This document shows, one piece after another, positions 18,241 through 25,127 of a stretch of 43,453 nt of DNA. The notes under the pieces are model-generated. The model was not told the origin of the DNA. It worked only from the letters and a program-made list of their open reading frames with translations, and made no database searches. Position numbers and translations under genes: made by a program. Position 1 is the first letter of the stretch. Every line of letters starts with the position of its first letter. This DNA comes from an uncultured Fidelibacterota bacterium (lineage in GTDB: Bacteria; Fidelibacterota; Marinisomatia; Marinisomatales; UBA8229), in assembly GCA_913054425.1 (NCBI GenBank), contig CAJXJG010000002.1:1-43453 (forward strand). Direction: 5' to 3'.

Positions 18241-19374
18241 ATGGTTCGTTGGGATAAGGTAATAAAAGGGATAAGTTTTCCACGCCCTAAAAATAATAAG
18301 GTGCCCGATTTTGCTTTTAGTGCTGTCAATTTTTCCGGGGATTTATATAATCCGGTGATTGATCAAATTTGGATAGATCAAAAGAGTGAAAAGCCAAAAT
18401 GGCCAGATAATAAACCTTATGCTGTTTGTATAACACATGATGTTGATGTGATTACTTTGCGATCCAAAAGAGAAAATATTCACCGAATTAAACACGTATT
18501 TAAAACATGGAGCCAACAAAAAACCAAGCAAAATTTGATTATTGCTTTTGAATCCCTTGAAAATATTATGAAAAGTATGTTCTCAAATCGAGGCCCTAAT
18601 CATCGAATTGAGGATTGGTTAACAGTAGAGCAGGAAGTGGGTGCGCGAGCCACCTTTTTCTTTGCCCCTGAATTTGTCCTAAAATCACACTTTACTGATT
18701 GCTGCTATAGGTATGATGATAAACTCAGATTTGAAGGCAAAAAAATTACTGTTGCGGATTTAATGAGAGAATTAAAAAGTCGGGGATGGGAGATAGGATT
18801 GCATCCGTCTTGGTTTTCTTACAATTCTGTGGATGAGATGAAATACCAGAAGGCACAGGTTGAAGAGGTGCTTGGATGTGAGATTGTAAGTGTCCGTCAG
18901 CACTTTCTCCATTTTGACAACAAAATAACACCCTCAGTCCAAGCAGCAGCAGGATTTAAATATGACAGTACTCTTGGTTTTAATGATAATATTGGATTTA
19001 AACGCGGTACTTCTTTTGCTTATCCATTTGTTAATTTAGTCAATAATGATACACTCCCTGTTTGGGAAATTCCTTTGATTATTCAGGATGGTGCAATGTT
19101 CCATCCTAAAAAAGGTATGCAACTAGATCAAAAGACAGCTCTGGAATATATTCAATTACTTGCGGAAAAAGTGAAAAGTGTTGGCGGTATACTGACTCTA
19201 CTTTGGCATCCCAATGCCAGTGCAGACGAAATATCTTGGCAGACCTTTCAAGAAACCCTGGCTATGTTAAAAAAAGATAATCCTTGGTTTGCAACAGTCC
19301 GTGAAGTTGGTGATTGGTGGAGAAAAAATGTGAATATAAATCTGGTGTCATTTATTGAAAATTTAGAGAAATAA
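18241..19374 (+). CDS. Polysaccharide deacetylase-like protein (CE4-related)
   Basis: A CITHDVD motif stands in place of the CE4 TFDDG-type motif 1. GLHPSWFSY and LLWHPN histidine motifs are also present. Context is a glycan locus next to a FemAB-like gene. Confidence 0.55.
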   Translation: MVRWDKVIKGISFPRPKNNKVPDFAFSAVNFSGDLYNPVIDQIWIDQKSEKPKWPDNKPYAVCITHDVDVITLRSKRENIHRIKHVFKTWSQQKTKQNLIIAFESLENIMKSMFSNRGPNHRIEDWLTVEQEVGARATFFFAPEFVLKSHFTDCCYRYDDKLRFEGKKITVADLMRELKSRGWEIGLHPSWFSYNSVDEMKYQKAQVEEVLGCEIVSVRQHFLHFDNKITPSVQAAAGFKYDSTLGFNDNIGFKRGTSFAYPFVNLVNNDTLPVWEIPLIIQDGAMFHPKKGMQLDQKTALEYIQLLAEKVKSVGGILTLLWHPNASADEISWQTFQETLAMLKKDNPWFATVREVGDWWRKNVNINLVSFIENLEK

Positions 19375-19375
19375 T

Positions 19376-20548
19376 ATGCGTCTCTATCAACATACGGGAA
19401 ACATCAAAGCCGGTTTGTTTGTCCTTGGTCTAGTACTGGTATCAGGATTAATGCTTTACACCCAATCGCTGGTTAAGAACCTGCGTGAGGATAACAGGGA
19501 GATTGTCCAACTTTATGCGGAATTAATGGCGAAAGCAGTCATTAACGACAGCGATGAAAACTTAAACTTCATCTTTGAGAATGTAATAAAAAAAGTTCAA
19601 TTCCCCATTGTTCAAACAAATGAAGAAGGAAAGCCATTGTCTTGGCGTAACCTTTTAGATAATAAAAAAACATCAGAGGATGTGAAACCAATTGTACGAG
19701 TTATGGATAAGCAAAATGATCCTATCTCACTTATTTATCATGATCCAATGACAGGAGAGGAACATGTTTGGGGAGTTCTTCATTTTGGAGATTCAAAACT
19801 TATTCAACGCTTAATCTGGTTGCCTTATTTTGAAATTGGAGCGATCTCCTTATTTATACTACTTGGTTTCGTTGGATTCTCCTTCATAAGAAACAGTGAA
19901 AAACAACACATCTGGGTGGGAATGGCCCGGGAAACTGCTCATCAACTTGGAACACCGGTATCAGCACTTATGGGGTGGGTGGACTGGCTTAGAAAAAACC
20001 CTGAAAAAACTTTGGATATTGTTGAAGAAATGGACGCAGATCTGAATCGTCTAAATCAAGTTAGTGAAAGGTTTAGCCAAATGGGTTCGATGCCCAAACT
20101 GGATGAAACCGATCTTTCTGAACTGATAAAAACAGTTGTGAATTACCTGGAGAAACGGCTCCCAACCAAGGGAAAGAGTCTTAAGATTGTGAATGAAATT
20201 ACCTCTAAAACAAATATAAATGCGAACGTAACACTTTTGTCTTGGGCAATTGAAAATGTCATCAAAAATGGAATTGACGCCATTACCCAAGAGAGTGGTG
20301 AGATTCGAATCCGTTTGTGTATAGAGAAAGAAGAAGTGCGAATTCAGATTCATGATAATGGCAAAGGTGTTGAGAAAAAAGACTGGAAAAATGTGTTTCG
20401 TCCCGGGTTTAGTACGAAGAACCGCGGCTGGGGAATGGGACTTTCCTTAACACAACGAATAATTCAGGATATTCACCGCGGGAAGATATTTATTAAATCT
20501 TCTTCACCCGTTTCAGGGACGACCTTTGAGATTATTCTTCCAACTTGA
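19376..20548 (+). CDS. Sensor histidine kinase (two TM, HisKA + HATPase_c)
   Basis: The N-terminal TM, extracytoplasmic segment of about 120 aa and second TM are followed by an H-box ARETAHQLGTPVSALMGW. The ATPase motifs are N-box IENVIKNGIDA, G1 HDNGKGV and G2 GWGMGLSL. Confidence 0.85.
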   Translation: MRLYQHTGNIKAGLFVLGLVLVSGLMLYTQSLVKNLREDNREIVQLYAELMAKAVINDSDENLNFIFENVIKKVQFPIVQTNEEGKPLSWRNLLDNKKTSEDVKPIVRVMDKQNDPISLIYHDPMTGEEHVWGVLHFGDSKLIQRLIWLPYFEIGAISLFILLGFVGFSFIRNSEKQHIWVGMARETAHQLGTPVSALMGWVDWLRKNPEKTLDIVEEMDADLNRLNQVSERFSQMGSMPKLDETDLSELIKTVVNYLEKRLPTKGKSLKIVNEITSKTNINANVTLLSWAIENVIKNGIDAITQESGEIRIRLCIEKEEVRIQIHDNGKGVEKKDWKNVFRPGFSTKNRGWGMGLSLTQRIIQDIHRGKIFIKSSSPVSGTTFEIILPT

Positions 20549-20630
20549 ACTAACATAATAAAACCGGATTTCGAAGTTGCCCTGAATTTATTTTTTAAGG
20601 GGTTATTAATTTTTACTCGAAAAATTTGAA

Positions 20631-21299
20631 TCATTTTGGATATTGAATCAATCTGTAGTGTTTTCCTTCCACATAATTTCGCCTGGTGAGAGGATTGCTT
20701 GTACAGAAATTGGCAAATTCACTGTCTATAAATCGGTACAGTAAGTGGTCATCCCTTTTCTCAGGTATTCCAAGTCGGGTTGTTTGAATTATCTGAGTCG
20801 GCGAAGCGCCAATATCTTCAATATAAAATCGATCAGGATCGAACTGTTGTTGATCCCATTTCTTGACTTTAAGCCCTAGAGACCTGCACAGGAGGGTCTG
20901 TCCAGCGCAGAGTCGTTCAATCGGGCGCACACCATTTCCATATTTTGGCGGGTTCAATTTCTGCATCATTGGAATCATTTTATCTGATGTTTTTTTATTT
21001 GTGCAAGGGTACCCGGATTTAATGAGTACAGCGTTTCCTGCTCCCCTGCAACTTACATTTAAGGAATCACCACCGCGTGCATAGTACATATAAATTGTAC
21101 CGGGGGACATAAACAATGCTTTTCGTTTGTCAGTATATCCCAGGGAAGCGTGGCTCCCTTTTTCATTCTGAAAATATGCTTCCGCTTCAATGATCCGTGC
21201 ACACAACCAGACATTATCATGCCGTACGCAGAGAAATTTACCTAGTAGCGCCTTAGCTGTTGTGGCCGCTTCCCGGTTGAAAAAGTCACCTGACAGCAT
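20631..21299 (-). CDS. mpg: DNA-3-methyladenine glycosylase (MPG/AAG family)
   Basis: FFNREAATTAKALLGKFL...ARIIEAEAY...D.GSHA...GTIYMYYARGG...LIKSG is the characteristic MPG family pattern. Confidence 0.85.
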   Translation of the reverse strand: MLSGDFFNREAATTAKALLGKFLCVRHDNVWLCARIIEAEAYFQNEKGSHASLGYTDKRKALFMSPGTIYMYYARGGDSLNVSCRGAGNAVLIKSGYPCTNKKTSDKMIPMMQKLNPPKYGNGVRPIERLCAGQTLLCRSLGLKVKKWDQQQFDPDRFYIEDIGASPTQIIQTTRLGIPEKRDDHLLYRFIDSEFANFCTSNPLTRRNYVEGKHYRLIQYPK

Positions 21300-21301
21300 T
21301 T

Positions 21302-21727
21302 TTACTCTTTTGACAGATCAATCGGTTGTCTCTGTTTTTTTATTTCGCTGCGATGATGTTTATTTTTTAATCGCTTTTCTTTAGATCTAACGGGGGGGGT
21401 CGTTTTTTTTCGTGGTTTTGATTTTTGTGCGGCTCGTTTAATAAGGGTGACTAAACGCTTAACTGAATCATCTCTGTTTCTAACCTGCGTACGATGACGA
21501 CGGGCATCGATAATCAGTATTCCATTATCTGTTATTTTTTTTCCTGAGATTTGAATCAGTCGTTTTTTTACGTCTTCAGGTAGGGATGTAGAATTGACTA
21601 CATCGAACCGAAGTTGGACAGCAGTTGAGGATTTATTCACATTTTGGCCACCCGGACCGGAGGAACGGATAAAATCGAAATGGAGTTCATTTTCATCAAT
21701 AGAAAGTGTTGAAGTGATGATTATCAT
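21302..21727 (-). CDS. arfB: Alternative ribosome-rescue factor ArfB (peptidyl-tRNA hydrolase, YaeJ)
   Basis: 141 aa with a class-I release-factor GGQ domain (SSGPGGQNVNKSSTAV) and a basic C-terminal tail (KSKPRKKTTPPVRSKEKRLKNKHHRSEIKKQR). Confidence 0.9.
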   Translation of the reverse strand: MIIITSTLSIDENELHFDFIRSSGPGGQNVNKSSTAVQLRFDVVNSTSLPEDVKKRLIQISGKKITDNGILIIDARRHRTQVRNRDDSVKRLVTLIKRAAQKSKPRKKTTPPVRSKEKRLKNKHHRSEIKKQRQPIDLSKE

Positions 21728-21838
21728 ACTTATAGATTAATAATGATAATCCGTTAACTCAAGCAGAATTCAAAACTGATTATCTTGTCATTCGGTGCGA
21801 ACATCGGTAATTTTCATCTTAATTTAAAGGAGTTACAA

Positions 21839-22183
21839 TTGGAAATAATATATGCATTATCCGGTGGCGGACAGCAAAATGGTGGAATCGCTGCATTTCT
21901 ACCATTTATTCTGATCATGTTCATCATTTATTTCCTGATGATTCGTCCCCAGACAAAACGCCAGAAAGAAAAACAAAATATGATTCAATCTCTTCAAAAG
22001 GGAGATAAGGTTATTACAATTGGCGGAGTTCATGGATCGGTGGTTGGTTTCAAACAGAAGGGGACAATTCTTATTCTGAAGGTTGGAAAAAATATGGATA
22101 TTTCCGTGAATCGTTCAGCAGTTGCCGGTTTATCAAAAAATATTTCGCCGGATGAAATTACAACGATTGATGGAAAAACCTGA
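21839..22183 (+). CDS. yajC: Preprotein translocase subunit YajC
   Basis: PFILIMFIIYFLMIRPQTKRQKEKQNMIQSLQKGDKVITIGGVHGSVV is the YajC signature. I prefer the TTG at 21839 because AAGGAG (21827-21832) lies 6 nt upstream. The ORF-track start at 21785 is possible but gives an atypical N-extension. Confidence 0.8.
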   Translation: MEIIYALSGGGQQNGGIAAFLPFILIMFIIYFLMIRPQTKRQKEKQNMIQSLQKGDKVITIGGVHGSVVGFKQKGTILILKVGKNMDISVNRSAVAGLSKNISPDEITTIDGKT

Positions 22184-22731
22184 TGGCAGTCAGGGATATT
22201 CTCAAGTATGGGAACCCGTTCCTCCGTACGCGCTGTAGAAATGTAGACGATTTTATAAAAGTGTCAAACCTGGTAGAGGATATGTTTGATACTATGTATG
22301 AAGAAGATGGAATAGGATTAGCTGCAAACCAAATTGGAGAGGATTTAAATCTGTTTGTGATTGATATCAGCCACACAGATGAAACCGAGCAACCACGAAT
22401 TTTTATTAACAGTAATATTCTTGAAAAAAAAGGTGAATGTATATCTGTTGAAGGATGTTTATCCATCCCGGGTATTCAGGTGGAACTAAAACGATCCGAA
22501 TTTATTACACTTCAATATTACTCATTGGAAGGTTCCCAAAAGAAAAAAGAATTTAATGGTCTATTAGCGCGTGCAATTCAGCATGAAATGGATCATTTGA
22601 ACGGAATCTTTATCGTTGACCGTTTAAGTGATCTGGTGAAAATGCAGTATAAAAAAGACCTTAAAGCGATTGAGCAGAATTCAGTAAAGGAATCAAAAGC
22701 GAGGAAAAAAAATCAGGGAATTGTCCTTTAA
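22183..22731 (+). CDS. def: Peptide deformylase
   Basis: All three PDF motifs are present: GIGLAANQIG, EGCLSIPG, QHEMDHLNG. The ATG overlaps the yajC stop (TGATG). Confidence 0.95.
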   Translation: MAVRDILKYGNPFLRTRCRNVDDFIKVSNLVEDMFDTMYEEDGIGLAANQIGEDLNLFVIDISHTDETEQPRIFINSNILEKKGECISVEGCLSIPGIQVELKRSEFITLQYYSLEGSQKKKEFNGLLARAIQHEMDHLNGIFIVDRLSDLVKMQYKKDLKAIEQNSVKESKARKKNQGIVL

Positions 22732-22828
22732 TATTCATTTTTTTTCAATACAAAGTTGTAAGCTCAAAAGAAATTAGGACCCTGCTGCATATTCTGTCTT
22801 ATCAGTTCTTTTCTAAAGTATAATAACT

Positions 22829-23758
22829 ATGCGTATTATTTTTATGGGTAATCCGGAATTTGCTGTTCCAAGCCTGAAATGTCTGGTGCAATCTGACTAT
22901 GATGTGACCGCAGTGATGACAAATCCACCGAAGCAAATGGGCAGGGGTAATAAAGAACGGCGCTCTTCAATTGACGCTCAAGCAAGTGAATTGAACATCC
23001 CGGTAATTCATGCAGGTTTGTTAGATGCCCCTGCATTGATAAATCAGCTAAAAAAACTGACCCCAGAATTATTTGTAATTGTGGCTTACCGAATTCTCCC
23101 CAAAATATTACTTGAAATACCGTCAATTGGTTCAGTGAATTTACACGGTTCGCTGCTCCCTGCATATCGTGGCGCTGCTCCAATTCAGAGGGCAATTATG
23201 AATGGGGATAAGATGACAGGGTTGACAACCTTTCTGTTAAAGCCATCGGTGGATACGGGTGATATTTTACATCAGAAAATAGTAAAAATCCAACCGGATG
23301 ATACATATGGAATCTTATCTGAAAAAATGAGTCTGATTGGATCAGACCTGTTGTTAAAAACTATTAAAAATTTTCTGGGAAAAAATATTATTCCTATGGT
23401 ACAGGATAATTCAATTGCAACTACAGCTCCGAAGATTCAATCTGCAGAACGGATTATCAACTGGAAAGATAATGCTGTGAATATCGCTAACAGGATTCGA
23501 GGACTTAATCCAAAACCGGTAGCCCATACAACTTTGGAAAGTAAATGGTTAAAAATATTTCATGCCTCAACAGAAAATGGTACTCATAAATCAGCACCAG
23601 CTACAGTGATTGAGCGAACAAAGACGAAATTATTGGTTCAGACCGGTGAGGGTGGGTTATCCATTTTATCTCTTCAGCGGGAGGGGAAAAATCAGATGGA
23701 TATCCAAGAGTTTCTGCGAGGAACTTCTATTAAGGAGGGAGATCGGTTAGGAACCTGA
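22829..23758 (+). CDS. fmt: Methionyl-tRNA formyltransferase
   Basis: MRIIFMGNPEFAVPSL..., the formyltransferase core NLHGSLLPAYRGAAPIQRAI, and a C-terminal Fmt domain. The classic def-fmt gene order is kept. Confidence 0.95.
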   Translation: MRIIFMGNPEFAVPSLKCLVQSDYDVTAVMTNPPKQMGRGNKERRSSIDAQASELNIPVIHAGLLDAPALINQLKKLTPELFVIVAYRILPKILLEIPSIGSVNLHGSLLPAYRGAAPIQRAIMNGDKMTGLTTFLLKPSVDTGDILHQKIVKIQPDDTYGILSEKMSLIGSDLLLKTIKNFLGKNIIPMVQDNSIATTAPKIQSAERIINWKDNAVNIANRIRGLNPKPVAHTTLESKWLKIFHASTENGTHKSAPATVIERTKTKLLVQTGEGGLSILSLQREGKNQMDIQEFLRGTSIKEGDRLGT

Positions 23759-23777
23759 CAACCATATATCTTATGTC

Positions 23778-24533
23778 ATGAAAAAACTATTTCATTTTGT
23801 AATTGTCATTTTCATTTTTTTCTGTATTATTCTATTGATCATGGAAACGCTTTTGATGCCTGCCTATGTCAGGTTTAGCCAAACAAGGAATTTGATAGAT
23901 GTGAAAGATCTTCCTTTGACAGTTGCTCTGTCCCGTCTTCATTCTGAAGGTTTTAAAGGAATTATAGAGGATACAATGTTAACTAATCTTGTATCTCCTA
24001 ATTTTATCATTGATCAATTCCCGCAACCGGATTCTCGCGTGAAACCGGGGCGAACGGTAAGGCTAAAAATTGCTCAGCCGGAGAAAATGGTTTCGGTTCC
24101 AAATCTTATAGGTCATTCGCATAGAAGCGCTGGAATCATGCTTCATCAATTAGGTTTAGTCATAGACACGATATACACAGAGTACAATCCTGCCTATCCC
24201 AAAGGGACGGTTGCCTGGCAGTCACCAAAGGGAAATGATTTTCTAAAGAAGGGGTGGGGTGTACATTTAACCATTAGTAAGGGTATGCCGCCAAATTTTT
24301 TCCAGGTTCCTAATCTCTTTGGGCTCAGCCAGGAAAAAGCTGAATTTGAATTAGAGCAAGCTGGATTGAAGCTGGGAAAGGTATCCTACGAACAAAATGA
24401 AGATCTGATTCCATTTACGGTATTGGATCAGTCTATTAAGGAAGGGACAGTTCTTGAAAACCCTAAAAAAATTGAGGTTACGGTAAGCGTGCTTAATTTA
24501 AATGATATTTTTAATCAAATGATGAATAAATAA
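23778..24533 (+). CDS. Membrane-anchored PASTA-repeat protein (no kinase or PBP domain)
   Basis: An N-terminal TM (FVIVIFIFFCIILLIM) is followed by three PASTA-like repeats of about 65 aa each. They begin V(K/P)(D/N)L and end in ...G..V.L.I/TISKG/TVSV patterns. Confidence 0.7.
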   Translation: MKKLFHFVIVIFIFFCIILLIMETLLMPAYVRFSQTRNLIDVKDLPLTVALSRLHSEGFKGIIEDTMLTNLVSPNFIIDQFPQPDSRVKPGRTVRLKIAQPEKMVSVPNLIGHSHRSAGIMLHQLGLVIDTIYTEYNPAYPKGTVAWQSPKGNDFLKKGWGVHLTISKGMPPNFFQVPNLFGLSQEKAEFELEQAGLKLGKVSYEQNEDLIPFTVLDQSIKEGTVLENPKKIEVTVSVLNLNDIFNQMMNK

Positions 24534-24539
24534 GTTGGT

Positions 24540-25127
24540 ATGATCAGCAAAGGTGAAATTTCCCGAAAACTGATTCATGTAACAAACGTTATTATTCCGG
24601 TGGGTTATTTATTTATTTTTCCTTTCAAATTCCACATGTTAATCATTTTATTCTGTCTGTCGGTTTTATTTATCTTAGTAGATTTCTCTAGGACCCGTAT
24701 TAGTTGGTTAAATACTTTTTTCAAAAAAACATTTAATTTTATGCTTCGAACCCACGAGCTAGATGGGCAACTAACGGGAGCGACCTGGGTGGTAATAGGG
24801 TCTTTTTTGACTGTAGCGTTCTTTCAAAAAGAAATAGCAATTCTTGCGCTTTTATTTATGGGGTTAGGCGATACAACCGCTGGGATAATTGGATCTCAAT
24901 TTGGAAGGATTCGCATCTGGAATAAAACAGTTGAAGGCACCTTAGCGGGATTGGTTGTTTGTTTAATCGTAGCTGCCTTTTTTCCGGAGATTTCCTTTTG
25001 GGTCAGAACAGGGGGAGCTGTTTCCGCCATGATTGCTGAGCTTGTTCCTTTTCCGGTGGATGACAATGTACGGATTCCAATATTTTCCGGAACAATAATG
25101 ATGTTTTTAAGTTCTCTGGACGTATGA
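24540..25127 (+). CDS. Polyprenol/dolichol/phytol kinase family membrane protein (CTP-dependent, SEC59/VTE5-like)
   Basis: 195 aa with about 6 TM segments. SRKLIHV at the N-terminus, LGDTTAGIIG and VEGTLAG motifs resemble the cytidylyltransferase-like polyprenol kinase family. Confidence 0.55.
   Translation: MISKGEISRKLIHVTNVIIPVGYLFIFPFKFHMLIILFCLSVLFILVDFSRTRISWLNTFFKKTFNFMLRTHELDGQLTGATWVVIGSFLTVAFFQKEIAILALLFMGLGDTTAGIIGSQFGRIRIWNKTVEGTLAGLVVCLIVAAFFPEISFWVRTGGAVSAMIAELVPFPVDDNVRIPIFSGTIMMFLSSLDV

Noticed and set aside
20549-20630. Expected bidirectional terminator between the convergent histidine kinase and mpg genes
   Set aside because: Only a 4-bp CCCT/AGGG complementarity with a long loop is present. 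That is too weak to call a terminator.
22842-23195. 117-aa minus-strand ORF inside fmt; likewise 22158-22466 (-) inside def and 20863-21084 / 21190-21384 (+) inside mpg/arfB
   Set aside because: They overlap highly conserved housekeeping genes on the opposite strand, with no recognisable domains or start context.
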